From: a virus
Strand: one strand, 5' to 3'
Virus record (IMG/VR): IMGVR_UViG_3300028800_000060
Span: 32,001 to 96,000 of that record
Length of the DNA stretch: 64,000 bases
This document shows, one piece after another, positions 35,303 to 46,341 of this stretch (the stretch's first letter is position 1; every line of letters starts with the position of its first letter). The notes below the pieces were generated by a model. The model made no database searches. It worked only from the letters and a program-made list of their open reading frames with translations, and was not told the DNA's origin. The position numbers were made by a program, and so were the translations under genes.

Positions 35303-35668
35303 GTGCTAATAGATTTAGATGATTATGATTGGGAAGAAGTATTCAGTGAAGGTAATGGCGGAAATTGTTCTGCCATTATGCCCCGACGTATTCCCGGAGA
35401 GAAATGTTCGTTAGCTAGTTTTTGTCGAGAAGATGTTAAAGAAATTTGTGGGCTCGACCCTGGCGAAAAAGATGTACGTGATTGGATCATTTGGGGTATT
35501 TTAAATGATGGAAGATATTTCTTTGTGTGTGGTGGATGTGACTATATGGGTTGGGATTGTCACGCACAAAATTACGGTAATGTAGCAGAAACTGCCAAAA
35601 ATCTAATTCGATTTGCAATGTCGGATGAAGAACGTCGGAGATTTGGACTACATTTAGGTGATGAATAA
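35303..35668 (+). CDS. Hypothetical protein
   Basis: GAGG RBS; DGRY...GCDYMGWDC. Confidence 0.65.
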   Translation: MLIDLDDYDWEEVFSEGNGGNCSAIMPRRIPGEKCSLASFCREDVKEICGLDPGEKDVRDWIIWGILNDGRYFFVCGGCDYMGWDCHAQNYGNVAETAKNLIRFAMSDEERRRFGLHLGDE

Positions 35669-36688
35669 GTGAGTCTTTTTATTGATCATAATTACATAGC
35701 GCAAATTAGTTCACGCCTGGATCGCTTCAAACGAAAAACACAACGATCCTATAATTTTCGTTGTCCCTTCTGCCACGATTCTTCCAAAAGTAAAATTAAG
35801 GCCCGTGGTTATTTCTTTACAAAAGGAAATAATATATCCTTCTATTGTCACAACTGCTTACAAAGTAAATCTTTTTCCCAATTTCTAAAAGAATTTGATC
35901 CCTCGTTATACGAAAAGTATATTTTCGAGAATTACCGAGAAAAGAATCCTGAGGAGAAAAAAGAAAATTTCGATGAATTTAATTTCAAACCAGAATTTAA
36001 GGAACACCTAGTTGTCGATATTCTCTCTGGCTGCACTAACATTGATGAACTTCCTTTGGATCATTATGCTCGTAAATACATCCAAGGACGGCAAATCCCC
36101 AAAGTCTTTTGGAAAGATATCTGGTATGTTCCAGATTTTAAAGAATTGGTTGATAAAGTAGAACCTGAAAATGAATATAATCTTAAACCAAAAGATCCAA
36201 GAATTATCTTCCCGTTTAGAGATAAGGAAAAAAGAATCACAGCTATCCAAGGAAGGTCTTTCCAAAACCGAGGTCTTAGGTTCATTATTGTTAAGATTGA
36301 CAAAGATTCTCCAAAAGTTTTTGGGCTGGATAGAGTTGATCCCGAAAATCGAGTATACATTTGTGAGGGTACTGTGGACAGCTTTTTTCTTACTAATGCT
36401 ATTGCTTGTGCGGGATCCCATCTCTGTTCTTATATTTTACCCAATTGCCATGATATGGTTTATTTACTTGATAATGAACCCAGGAATAAAGCCATAATCG
36501 ACCAGATGAAAAAAATTGCTGATTCGGGTAAAAAATTATGTGTGTGGCCTGAAACTGTGGGAGAAAAAGATATTAATGATTTAATTTTGGCTGGATATAC
36601 TTCGGAAAAAATTGTAAAAATTATCAATGCAAATACGTATACCGGGTTATCGGCACGTATCGCAATTAATGAATGGAAAAGGTGTTAA
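35669..36688 (+). CDS. 61: DNA primase (gp61)
   Basis: NFRCPFCHDS...YCHNC zinc finger; CEGTVDS, DNEPRN, KDIND TOPRIM. Confidence 0.95.
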   Translation: MSLFIDHNYIAQISSRLDRFKRKTQRSYNFRCPFCHDSSKSKIKARGYFFTKGNNISFYCHNCLQSKSFSQFLKEFDPSLYEKYIFENYREKNPEEKKENFDEFNFKPEFKEHLVVDILSGCTNIDELPLDHYARKYIQGRQIPKVFWKDIWYVPDFKELVDKVEPENEYNLKPKDPRIIFPFRDKEKRITAIQGRSFQNRGLRFIIVKIDKDSPKVFGLDRVDPENRVYICEGTVDSFFLTNAIACAGSHLCSYILPNCHDMVYLLDNEPRNKAIIDQMKKIADSGKKLCVWPETVGEKDINDLILAGYTSEKIVKIINANTYTGLSARIAINEWKRC

Positions 36689-36704
36689 CGAAAAGGATAT
36701 ATGA

Positions 36705-37625
36705 ATGTATAGTAAACCGGAAGCAAAAATTATCTGTGACTCCATAAGCCCAGAAGGTATTCGTTTAACGACAATGGAAGTAAAATTACACAGAATGGTT
36801 CTGGCTGAACTGAATACCCACAGGGTTTTCTCCCGCAATAGTGCTTCTAGTCGTGCCATCCCCGTAAGTAAGATGCTGGAAAGAGTTAAGACTGATCCGG
36901 CAATGCCTTTGTTTTGGGGAAAGAATCAGGCTGGAATGGCAGCCGCAGTTGAATTGCCATATATTGAAAAATGCCGGGTTGAACAACGTTGGTTACATGC
37001 ACGAGACCAAGCAGTGGAAAATGTAGAAGCTCTATTAGAACTAGGTCTACATAAGCAGTTAACCAACCGTCTATTAGAGCCATGGTTGTGGCATACTGCT
37101 ATTATTAGTTCCACCGAATGGGACAATTTCTTCGGTCAACGGACAGCTATCAATCCGGATACACAACAACCTTATGCGATGCCGGAAATGTATGCTCTTG
37201 CTAAGGCAATGGAAGATGCATATTACGATAGCACACCAAAATTGGTGGGATGGCGTCAGTGGCATTTACCTTATATTCAAAATGACGATGCTAACTGGGC
37301 AATTGCATATTATGCAGAAAATCGTGGTTCTCCAAAAGTGGAAGAATTACTTAAGAAGATTTCCGCAGGTCGTTGTGCTAGGGTTTCATACCTAACTCAT
37401 GACGGAAAACGTGACCCGTTGGAAGATATTAAACTTGGTGATAAATTGGCTTCAGCAACTCCCATGCACCCCAGCCCATTCGAACACCAGGCAACTCCCC
37501 ATCCAGATTGGAATCCTAACGAAGACAGATTCAATGGTGTAAAAGGTAATTTTCATGGTTGGATGCAATATCGGCACGAATTTAAAAATGAGAGCATAAA
37601 AGATTTTAAACCACAAACTAAATAA
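36705..37625 (+). CDS. thyX: Flavin-dependent thymidylate synthase
   Basis: ELNTHRVFSRNSASSRAIP, HKQLTNRLLEP, RCARVSY, SPFEHQA. Confidence 0.88.
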   Translation: MYSKPEAKIICDSISPEGIRLTTMEVKLHRMVLAELNTHRVFSRNSASSRAIPVSKMLERVKTDPAMPLFWGKNQAGMAAAVELPYIEKCRVEQRWLHARDQAVENVEALLELGLHKQLTNRLLEPWLWHTAIISSTEWDNFFGQRTAINPDTQQPYAMPEMYALAKAMEDAYYDSTPKLVGWRQWHLPYIQNDDANWAIAYYAENRGSPKVEELLKKISAGRCARVSYLTHDGKRDPLEDIKLGDKLASATPMHPSPFEHQATPHPDWNPNEDRFNGVKGNFHGWMQYRHEFKNESIKDFKPQTK

Positions 37626-37630
37626 ATTTA

Positions 37631-39538
37631 ATGACAACTTTACCTACTGATTACCAAAATTTCATCCATCTCTCAAAATACTCCAGATGGAGAGATGATT
37701 TAAATAGAAGAGAAACCTGGCAAGAAACAATTCAAAGATATACGGATTTCTTTTCTGATTATATTTTGGAAAATCATACCCCAAAAAACCGAGTTGAGTT
37801 TTTAAAAGAATTAGAAAAAGCAAAAGAAGGTATTCTGAATTTAGATGTAGTGCCATCTATGCGTGCTTTGAAAACGGCCGGCCCGGCACTTAAGAAACAC
37901 CACACAGCCGGTTATAATTGTAGCTTTATTGTTATCGATCATCCTCATGCTTTTGATGAAATTTTATACCTTTCTTGTTGTGGATCAGGAGTTGGCTTTT
38001 CTGTTGAAAAGAAGTATGTTTCTAAATTATCAGAAATACCCGCCGAATTTTATCCTACAAGTACTGTAATTGATGTTCCTGATTCCAAAATTGGTTGGGC
38101 TACTGCATTACGGGAATTAATTTCTTTGTTATATGCGGGTAAAGTTCCTAAATGGGATATATCAAAAGTCCGTCCATATGGGTCAATTCTAAAGACATTT
38201 GGCGGAAGAGCTTCAGGTCCGGACCCTCTTGTAGATCTGTTTGAATTTACCGTAAAAACTTTCTTAAATGCTGCGGGAAGAAAATTAGAAAGTATCGAAT
38301 GCCATGATATTTGTTGCAAAATTGGTTTAATTGCTGAATCTGGTGGGACGCGCCGCGCAGCATTGATTTCACTTTCTGATATTCTAGATGGTGAAATGCG
38401 CCACGCTAAATCTGGTAATTGGTGGGATATGAACTCTCAAAGAGCATATGCCAATAATACGGCCGTTTATTATACTAAACCAGAACTTGGCATTTTTATG
38501 GAAGAATGGCTTTCTCTGTATCGTAGCAAATCTGGCGAAAGAGGAATTTTAAGTTTATGGAATCTTTCTAAAAAAGGTAATGATCGTAGGGATTGGTCAA
38601 AAGTTGCTGGCGTCAACCCTTGTGGCGAAATCCTATTACGACCAAATTCTTTCTGTAATCTTTCGGAAGTTATTGTTCGCCCGGATGATACTTTAGAAAC
38701 TTTGATGGCTAAAGTACAAATAGCCACATTTATAGGAACAATGCAGTCGTGTTTGACAAAGTTTAAATATATCCGAAAAATATGGCAAAAGAATGCTGAG
38801 GAAGAAAGATTACTTGGTGTTTCTCTAACAGGTATTATGGATAATACTCTGCTTGTCAGCACCGCAGGATCAGAAGTTTTACAGAAGTTAAAAGCTGAAG
38901 CCATTAAAGTAAACAAATATTGGGCTGATATATTTAAAATAAACCAATCGGTTGCGATCACTACAGTAAAGCCTAGTGGAAATACTTCACAGTTGGTAGA
39001 CTCATCATCTGGAATTCATCCTAGATATTCACCATATTACATTCGCACTGTACGAATGGACAATAAAGATCCACTAACTGCACTAATGATAGCTCAGGGT
39101 ATCCCAAATGAACCTTGCCACATGAAGCCGCAGAATACAACTATATTTTCTTTCCCAATTAAATCACCGGAAAAATCAGTTTTCCGTAATGATTATAATG
39201 CTTTACAACAATTAGAATTGATGAAGCGGTTTAAACAAAATTGGGCGGAGCATAATATTAGTATTACCATTTATGTCAAAGAAACAGAATGGATGGATGT
39301 GGCTTCTTGGGTTTATAATAATTTTGATATTGTTGGTGGTATAACATTTCTTCCTTTTGATGGTGGAACGTATAAGCAAGCGCCATATCAAGAAATTACG
39401 AAAGAAAAATATTATGAATATCTAAAAAAGATGCCAACAAATATTGATTGGTCAAAAATTGCTGAATATGAAAAAGATGATAGGACAACAAATTCTAGAG
39501 AATTGGCTTGTATGAGTGGAAATAGTTGTGAATTGTAA
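37631..39538 (+). CDS. nrdJ: Class II (B12-dependent) ribonucleotide reductase
   Basis: PSMRAL, YNCS, RRAALISL, NPCGEI, FCNLSEV, TTVKPSG, C-terminal ACMSGNSCEL. Confidence 0.92.
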   Translation: MTTLPTDYQNFIHLSKYSRWRDDLNRRETWQETIQRYTDFFSDYILENHTPKNRVEFLKELEKAKEGILNLDVVPSMRALKTAGPALKKHHTAGYNCSFIVIDHPHAFDEILYLSCCGSGVGFSVEKKYVSKLSEIPAEFYPTSTVIDVPDSKIGWATALRELISLLYAGKVPKWDISKVRPYGSILKTFGGRASGPDPLVDLFEFTVKTFLNAAGRKLESIECHDICCKIGLIAESGGTRRAALISLSDILDGEMRHAKSGNWWDMNSQRAYANNTAVYYTKPELGIFMEEWLSLYRSKSGERGILSLWNLSKKGNDRRDWSKVAGVNPCGEILLRPNSFCNLSEVIVRPDDTLETLMAKVQIATFIGTMQSCLTKFKYIRKIWQKNAEEERLLGVSLTGIMDNTLLVSTAGSEVLQKLKAEAIKVNKYWADIFKINQSVAITTVKPSGNTSQLVDSSSGIHPRYSPYYIRTVRMDNKDPLTALMIAQGIPNEPCHMKPQNTTIFSFPIKSPEKSVFRNDYNALQQLELMKRFKQNWAEHNISITIYVKETEWMDVASWVYNNFDIVGGITFLPFDGGTYKQAPYQEITKEKYYEYLKKMPTNIDWSKIAEYEKDDRTTNSRELACMSGNSCEL

Positions 39539-39760
39539 TCTCACATCCCAATTTTATATTGCAAACCCACATCACAATGAATTATAATTGATGTGTGACA
39601 ATTACTCAACGAGATTTACTATTACTTAAACTTTTTCAAACCATTAAAAATAATGGTGCCACATATGTAAATAGGTATGAATGTTATCGAATTGGAGAAG
39701 GATTAGTTACCGAATACCTAGATATGGATTATAAAATAACATTAATAGATATCCGTAATA

Positions 39761-39973
39761 TTGAAGAATTATGATATGAAACGTGCATATACAAAACAAG
39801 AAATTGGTGATTTGATCCGCGAAACCAAGCAGGAACTTTCCTCTTTCGAGCGGGGCATAAAAAATGCTCCACTCGAAACAAAGGGAGAATTAAAAGTTTG
39901 GGTAAAGAAAACGAAAACTAAATTACGGCAATTGGAAGACATATTTAAATCAGGTAAATGGAAGATAGAATAG
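39761..39973 (+). CDS. Hypothetical protein
   Basis: Co-oriented helical ORF. Confidence 0.5.
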   Translation: MKNYDMKRAYTKQEIGDLIRETKQELSSFERGIKNAPLETKGELKVWVKKTKTKLRQLEDIFKSGKWKIE

Positions 39974-40062
39974 TTGGAGGTGTAGTACAAAGCACTTCTA
40001 AGGATTCAAGCTTGAATTAGGTGAATCTTTGGACGATGAGGAATTACCCATAAATAGGGGTA

Positions 40063-40506
40063 ATGACTCCTTGGATTTACCAGAATAAACCCGTTGAAAT
40101 TCCTCCTGATGGTATGGTTGGGTTTATTTATAACATCACCTGTAAATTAACAGGAAAACAATATATCGGGAAGAAATTTTGTTTTTCGAGGCGCCGCCAT
40201 AAAGTTGCGGGCAGAAAAAATAAGAAGATCATCATTAAGGATTCTGGATGGCAAGAATATTGGAGTTCTTCTGATTTCTTATTAGAAGATATTGCGAAAC
40301 TGGGAAAAGAAAATTTTACCCGAGAGATATTAGAATTTTACCCTACAAAAAAAGAAGTTTCTTTTGCGGAATTAGAAGAACAGATAAAACGTGATGTACT
40401 TAGAGCCAAATTACCCGATGGTTCTAAAGCATACTACAATAGATCTATATTGGGGAAATATTTTTGTCCTCCAGAAAATATACTTGACAATCCTGCCAAA
40501 ACTTGA
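40063..40506 (+). CDS. denA: GIY-YIG endonuclease II-like nuclease
   Basis: GFIY...YIGKK, W..YWSSS, FTREIL, YYN; follows CATAAATA. Confidence 0.8.
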   Translation: MTPWIYQNKPVEIPPDGMVGFIYNITCKLTGKQYIGKKFCFSRRRHKVAGRKNKKIIIKDSGWQEYWSSSDFLLEDIAKLGKENFTREILEFYPTKKEVSFAELEEQIKRDVLRAKLPDGSKAYYNRSILGKYFCPPENILDNPAKT

Positions 40507-40697
40507 TAGCATCAACATATGATTACTAACATCTATTTGATTTCCTCCACACTTGCAACAATTTTGGCCACATTTACCGTCCGGTGGACTGGTAAGGGGG
40601 TTCCCTTAATTAAAATAATTTTGTTCTTACTCTCAGTACTGGGAATCATTGTGACGCTCGGCCACTTCGGCATACTACTCGTTCGTTTTCTATAAGT

Positions 40698-40727
40698 ACG
40701 ATCCCCGACGATCCCAGACGATCCTAG
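40698..40727 (+). repeat. Dispersed 10-bp-periodic element, copy 2 (three tandem units)
   Basis: acgatccccg acgatcccag acgatcctag. Confidence 0.8.
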
Positions 40728-40795
40728 CTAGTCCAAAACGAAAGTGCATAATCTGCTGTCATTTTAATTAAAACGTTAAAAAAGATGCAAAACCG

Positions 40796-41509
40796 ATGAT
40801 ACTCATTATTCCCGACATTCATACAGAAATAGCGACCTACAATTATTTGATGAACAAATATAAGGATATTAAAATAAAAATATCTTTGGGTGATTGGTAT
40901 GATTCTTTCATTTTCCAATCTGGAGTCGAAGCGGGAGAAATGGCTCGTTTGCAAGCCGATTTTGTTTCTAATCCTGATAATATTTGTTTGTTTGGTAATC
41001 ATGACATGCAATATGCATTTCCTAATTGTCCAGCATTAGGATGTAGTGGATGGAGTAGTTGGAAACAAAAACCTATTGATAGGTGGATGAAAGGTCTTTG
41101 GAGTAAAGTGAAGTTGTGCCACTGGGTATATGCTGCTGATAAAACGTGGTTAATTTCGCATGCAGGTATCCATCCATATTTTTCGCATCCAATTAATGGA
41201 TTAAATGAATTAGAAACGACATTGTTGTCACAAAAAACAATTTGTAGTATCATAGATGATAATGAAATTACGGAATTTGTTTCTGTTGGAAGACGTCGGC
41301 GTGGGAATCATTTGTGTGGTGGATGTACTTGGATGGATTGGCAAGATTTTAAACCTATTGTAGGTATCAATCAAATTGTGGGTCATACGAGAGGAAATTT
41401 TATTCGTGAATATCGTATTGATGGTTCTGAAAATTATTGCATTGATACCGGACTAAATCATGTAGCTCTTTTGGATGATATCGGAAAAATTACTATCGAA
41501 AAAATATAG
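40796..41509 (+). CDS. Calcineurin-like metallophosphoesterase
   Basis: DIH, GDWYD, GNHD, HAG, GHT. Confidence 0.9.
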   Translation: MILIIPDIHTEIATYNYLMNKYKDIKIKISLGDWYDSFIFQSGVEAGEMARLQADFVSNPDNICLFGNHDMQYAFPNCPALGCSGWSSWKQKPIDRWMKGLWSKVKLCHWVYAADKTWLISHAGIHPYFSHPINGLNELETTLLSQKTICSIIDDNEITEFVSVGRRRRGNHLCGGCTWMDWQDFKPIVGINQIVGHTRGNFIREYRIDGSENYCIDTGLNHVALLDDIGKITIEKI

Positions 41510-41516
41510 GATTAAT

Positions 41517-41933
41517 ATGCCCACCATAGTTTATGATAGAGTCGGACAAGAAATTGTTCCGGGTTGTTTTATTGCTTACGGTCATGCTCTTGGAAGATGT
41601 GCCGGACTTCGAATTGGTCGAGTAGAAACGGTTAATTTCAAAAAAGTCGATGAGTATGATTGGGAAAAACAGAAAAACAAGAAAGTTGAAGCTATTAGCA
41701 TCACAGTTCTGGGAATTGATGATGACTCGGAATCAAAAAAGCCTCATTTGCTTGAAAAGCGCAGTACTCTCTTTTTCCCGAGTAGAATGGTGGTTTTAAA
41801 TTCTCTTCCTGAAAAGTATGCTACGTTATATGAAACTGATTGTGTTGCATTGGGTGGAAAGCATAAGTGGGGAAAAGTGAAAACATATTATAAGAAGTGT
41901 ACGAAGTGTAATTTAAATACTGATCCTTGGTAA
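41517..41933 (+). CDS. Hypothetical protein
   Basis: AGGA RBS; DRVGQEIVPGCFIAY. Confidence 0.6.
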   Translation: MPTIVYDRVGQEIVPGCFIAYGHALGRCAGLRIGRVETVNFKKVDEYDWEKQKNKKVEAISITVLGIDDDSESKKPHLLEKRSTLFFPSRMVVLNSLPEKYATLYETDCVALGGKHKWGKVKTYYKKCTKCNLNTDPW

Positions 41934-41940
41934 TAGAATT

Positions 41941-42669
41941 ATGAAAAAATTAAGAAAACCTATTACCGTTTTCAATATAATTGACGTCTTGTGTGTGACA
42001 CTCCAAACTATTGAAGACCGTGGAAAATATGTTTCACAAAAAACATCCGATTCTACCGGGGAAGTATCTACAACAAAATTTGTGGTGAACCATCTCAAAA
42101 CTAGTGATCTCGATCTTAAAGAGTTATATTCCAAATATTTGGATAAAACTAATGAGATCCGAAAACATTTTTCTTCACCACCGATTGAACAAGATAAATT
42201 TCTAGAAACCATATACAATTTATTTTCGATAGGTATGGTTTCAGAAAAAATGATAGGATATATTGTTGCTTTACCGTCAATGTATGAGACAATGTATCAA
42301 AGAACAGCCAAATTATTAAAAATTGCGGATAAGTATGCGGCTAGTTCTTATATGGGTGAAATAGGAAAACAAGATATTTTTACTGTTAAGCTTTTAGAGG
42401 TTCTCGAATTTTCTAAAAAAGAACAAGAGGTATTTTTTCTTTATCGGGTTAGTGATATTTTAGGAAATTTAGGATTTTTCTTTTCCAAAATACCCCCAGT
42501 AAATTATCCTGGAGATCTTACGTTGCCAATTAAATTGTGGGATTGTTTTGAAATGCGAGCAACTCCCTGTAAAATAGAACCCAATAAGGAAACTGGTATT
42601 AAAGAAACACAATTTTCAAAAATAGAAATTATTGAAATTATCGGAAAAGGAACAGAGGAAATATTATAA
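41941..42669 (+). CDS. Hypothetical protein with C-terminal OB-fold-like region
   Basis: YMGEIG...GN...KETQ. Confidence 0.55.
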   Translation: MKKLRKPITVFNIIDVLCVTLQTIEDRGKYVSQKTSDSTGEVSTTKFVVNHLKTSDLDLKELYSKYLDKTNEIRKHFSSPPIEQDKFLETIYNLFSIGMVSEKMIGYIVALPSMYETMYQRTAKLLKIADKYAASSYMGEIGKQDIFTVKLLEVLEFSKKEQEVFFLYRVSDILGNLGFFFSKIPPVNYPGDLTLPIKLWDCFEMRATPCKIEPNKETGIKETQFSKIEIIEIIGKGTEEIL

Positions 42670-42671
42670 AA

Positions 42672-43898
42672 ATGCCAGAACTTAATGTACAGAAATTTCT
42701 TCGTGAGGTTCCGGGAGGACTTATTCGGCTTCAAGAGCCTCCCTATAATTTGAAAGTTAGACCGCATCCAGAATTTGCCAATCTGGTTTCTTTTTGTTAT
42801 GACCAGATTGATTCTCCAAAAGCCGATCCGATTGTACTTGAATGCCGGGGTCTGATTCTCGATTCACAAGATAATTGGAACGTAGTTGCTTTTCCTTTTA
42901 CCAGATTTTTCAATGATGGAGAATTCCAAGCGGCAAAGATTGACTGGAATACTGCACGAGTATATGAGAAAGTTGATGGCACTCTCATAATCATGTATTG
43001 GTATGAAGGTAAGTGGCGTATTGCTACTCGTGGTAGCCCGAATGCCTCTGGTTCTGTTGGTTTTTTTCCTTGGATAGAAAATGGTAGTACTGTTCCTTTA
43101 ACATATGAACGGCTCTTTTGGCGTTCTGCGGAACATTGGCTTAAGGGACTCAGTAAGTCTGGTGAATTCGATTCTACATGCACTTATATGTGGGAATTAA
43201 CTTCACCACTAAATCGTGTAGTTTGTGATTATACGGAAATTGGTCCCGTGGGCCAATGTATTGATGGAAATAATAAGCTCGTTTGGGTAGATACTGAAAT
43301 TGATAACACTGGCTATGCCCATGATGGTTCTCGGATCACATTAATTGGTATCCGTAATAATATAACATTTAAGGAATATGACATTAAGTATTCCGATGCG
43401 CATTATAAAGCAAAATATTTTCCTCTTAGAGATTTACAAGAGGTAATCACTGCCGCTTCAAAATTAAATCCGTTACGTCAAGAGGGATTTGTGGTCGTTG
43501 ATGGTGATTACAATCGGGTCAAGATTAAATCGCCCGTTTATGTGGCATTCCATCATTTACGAGATGGAAATCCTAGAAAGCGTTTAATGGAGATCATTCA
43601 ATCTGGTGAAAAAGAAGAAATGATGGCTTATAAAATATTGGATGAGTTCCCGGCTGAAAAGAAAATGTATGAAGAGATGCTTGCGGAAGTTGAATCTTTA
43701 ATCTTGCAAACCGAACAAATATATGATAGAATTAAAGATATTGAATTGCAAAAAGACTTTGCATTAGAAGCTTTGAAATCTCCAATGCCATATGCATTAT
43801 TTGGAATGCGTAAAGGATTGAGAGATCAAAAAACTATCCGACAAATCATTCTTTCTTGCCCGACACAAAAGTTATTGGATATGCTAAAAGGAAAATAA
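42672..43898 (+). CDS. rnlA: T4 Rnl1-family RNA ligase
   Basis: ECRGLI, FTRFFN, YEKVDGT, WELTSP, EGFVV, RVKIK. Confidence 0.9.
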   Translation: MPELNVQKFLREVPGGLIRLQEPPYNLKVRPHPEFANLVSFCYDQIDSPKADPIVLECRGLILDSQDNWNVVAFPFTRFFNDGEFQAAKIDWNTARVYEKVDGTLIIMYWYEGKWRIATRGSPNASGSVGFFPWIENGSTVPLTYERLFWRSAEHWLKGLSKSGEFDSTCTYMWELTSPLNRVVCDYTEIGPVGQCIDGNNKLVWVDTEIDNTGYAHDGSRITLIGIRNNITFKEYDIKYSDAHYKAKYFPLRDLQEVITAASKLNPLRQEGFVVVDGDYNRVKIKSPVYVAFHHLRDGNPRKRLMEIIQSGEKEEMMAYKILDEFPAEKKMYEEMLAEVESLILQTEQIYDRIKDIELQKDFALEALKSPMPYALFGMRKGLRDQKTIRQIILSCPTQKLLDMLKGK

Positions 43899-44099
43899 AT
43901 TTATGACATTACCTAATATGGAAATTCATGCGACAACGGATAAATTACGAAATTAAAACTGATTGTCCCGAAGACTCTTTCGGTCTTGATATAACACAAA
44001 TCTTATGGTGTCTCGAAGATTATATTAAACAGGGACCTCGTGGTAGAATGAAAACATATGATGGTGGTTCCGATAGATCTATAAGGATTAAAAGTTTTA

Positions 44100-44570
44100 A
44101 TGACACTTCAAAAACAAATAAAAGACATTAATAATATCCGTTCACAAATGTGGCCGAATAGTGCCATATTTAATATTAATGAATTGGATCATCTTATTGG
44201 CACTTTGATAGAGGAAACGGGTGAGTACAGACAAGCATGTCGTTCCTTTTTGGGAAGACCATTTTCTCCGGAAAAGGTGGCATCAAAAGAACACATGGTT
44301 GAAGAGTTGGGAGATATTTTAGTTCCAGTTATTGCTTTGTCCAACCAATCGGGAATTTCTTTTGAAGAGGCTTTGGAAGTTGCCTATCAAAAGCTTCGTA
44401 AACGTTTGGAAAATAAAAGAGAAAAAGAACGATTGGACCACATAGCAAAAACAGATGAAACGTCTGTTTTAAAATTTAATCCTATGGATCATCAACCTTT
44501 CAAGTATGATGTGGAGGATGAAATTAATAAACCACATCCGGAAGATTCTATACCCAAATATAATTGGTAA
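44100..44570 (+). CDS. MazG-like NTP pyrophosphohydrolase
   Basis: EETGE...EELGD. Confidence 0.8.
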   Translation: MTLQKQIKDINNIRSQMWPNSAIFNINELDHLIGTLIEETGEYRQACRSFLGRPFSPEKVASKEHMVEELGDILVPVIALSNQSGISFEEALEVAYQKLRKRLENKREKERLDHIAKTDETSVLKFNPMDHQPFKYDVEDEINKPHPEDSIPKYNW

Positions 44571-44576
44571 GTTATA

Positions 44577-45359
44577 ATGGGAACTTTTATAAGTGATTGG
44601 GAATATCCTCAACCTGAGGTTTGTGTTTGTGGTAATCTTACAAGAGAACATTGGAGAAAACGGAATTGTCTTATGACTGAACGAATAAAATATCCAAAGA
44701 CGATGCACTTCCCATGGTCACCGAATCTCCAGAATGATGATCGTCTCATTCAAGATAACCAAATGCCTGGTAAGGTAGTTGTAATGACTGAGAAAATGGA
44801 TGGAGAAAATACAACAATGTATTATGATGGTATCCATGCTCGGTCAAGAGATTCATTGTCACACCCCTCCAGAACATTTGTCCAAGCTTTGCATGGTCAA
44901 ATTGCGCATTTGATCCCGGTAGGATTTCGAATTTGTGGAGAAAATTTATTTGCAAAACATTCTATACATTATCGCAATTTGAAATCTTATTTCCATGTAT
45001 TCTCTATTTGGGATAAAGATAACAACTGCTTTTCTTGGGATGATACCAAAATCTTTTGTGACTTGTTAGGATTGAAACCAGTACCTGAAATTTGGTGGGG
45101 TGTTTATGATGAGCAGGCAATTCACAATGCTTACCATTATTACAGTCCCGGTCACGAAGTTGAAGGATATGTTGTTCGTGTAACTAACATTTTCTCGGCC
45201 GATAAATTTGAAAATTGTGTGGCTAAATATGTACGCAAAGGGCATGTCCAAACGTCAGAACATTGGATGAATGAGGCTATGGTTAAGAATGAATTAGAGC
45301 AAGAGTTTACCTTTCCAAATCACCCCATATTACCCTTGAAGAATGCCGAGTTTGAATAG
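44577..45359 (+). CDS. Rnl2-type RNA ligase family protein
   Basis: KYPKTMHFPWS, TEKMDGEN, CGENL, EGYVVR, AKYVR. Confidence 0.88.
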   Translation: MGTFISDWEYPQPEVCVCGNLTREHWRKRNCLMTERIKYPKTMHFPWSPNLQNDDRLIQDNQMPGKVVVMTEKMDGENTTMYYDGIHARSRDSLSHPSRTFVQALHGQIAHLIPVGFRICGENLFAKHSIHYRNLKSYFHVFSIWDKDNNCFSWDDTKIFCDLLGLKPVPEIWWGVYDEQAIHNAYHYYSPGHEVEGYVVRVTNIFSADKFENCVAKYVRKGHVQTSEHWMNEAMVKNELEQEFTFPNHPILPLKNAEFE

Positions 45360-46024
45360 TGTACGAACATTTAAATATTCAAATTCCTGAACTTGCTAAA
45401 CAGGTTTCCATAGACGGACAATCTGGTCCAAGATTGTATCAAACACCTTATGGAAAAATATATCCATCTATAACAAGTTGCTTGGCTCCTCTTAAAGAAG
45501 AAATAATTGCAAACTGGCGCGCCCGCGTTGGTAATGAGGTTGCCGATAAAGAATCAAAATGGGGTAGGGACCGGGGGACCGCACTTCATTTGGCTCTTGA
45601 AGACGTCTTAAAAAATAAACCACTAAAGGGACATCCACTCTTAATTAGGATGCTCGTTGATGAATTAATGCCTTATCTAAGAAAGATAGGAAGGATTCAT
45701 TGTCAAGAAACTCCTTTATATTCAGATTATTTCGAAATTGGAGGTAGATGTGATTGCATCGGAGAGTATGCTGGAAAATTATCGGTAATTGACTTTAAGG
45801 GATCTAATAGAACTAAAAAACGTGAATGGATTATAGATTACTTTATGCAGTGTGCGTTTTACGCATACGCATACTGGGAACGCACTGGGGAACGCATAGA
45901 ACAGTCTGTTATTTTGGTCGCTAACGAACAAGGCCAGGCTTCAGAATTCATTGAGAAGCCATGGGACTGGTGGAAAGAACTGAAAGAAGTACGCGAATCA
46001 TATAGAACGAGGTACGATATATGA
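45359..46024 (+). CDS. PD-(D/E)XK (Cas4-like) exonuclease
   Basis: YPSIT, RGTALH, GRCDCI, IDFKGS, YFMQ. Confidence 0.85.
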   Translation: MYEHLNIQIPELAKQVSIDGQSGPRLYQTPYGKIYPSITSCLAPLKEEIIANWRARVGNEVADKESKWGRDRGTALHLALEDVLKNKPLKGHPLLIRMLVDELMPYLRKIGRIHCQETPLYSDYFEIGGRCDCIGEYAGKLSVIDFKGSNRTKKREWIIDYFMQCAFYAYAYWERTGERIEQSVILVANEQGQASEFIEKPWDWWKELKEVRESYRTRYDI

Positions 46025-46341
46025 ATAAATATGGTATTAAATGTAATGTATGCGGTTCAGAAGGAGAAGATGTTGGTGTGTATCAAGTTCCTTTTCCTAT
46101 CCCCTATAGTGATGCCTATTGTGAAGAGTGTTGCAAAAAGGGACGTGAAAGTGTTTCCTCTATTTTAGGTTTACTACATTGGGAAGAAGTAGCTAAAAAG
46201 TGTGGTATTGAAGATTTTCAACGTATTACTGGCCGTAGTGAATTTCTCACCGGTTATATGGATGGATTTGAAATTCCCATGGTTCAATTGGTTAAGATTT
46301 ACAAAATGGTAAGAGCATTCAAGGATGAAGAGGTACTATAA
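46021..46341 (+). CDS. Hypothetical Cys-rich protein
   Basis: CxxC pairs; coupled ORF. Confidence 0.5.
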   Translation: MNKYGIKCNVCGSEGEDVGVYQVPFPIPYSDAYCEECCKKGRESVSSILGLLHWEEVAKKCGIEDFQRITGRSEFLTGYMDGFEIPMVQLVKIYKMVRAFKDEEVL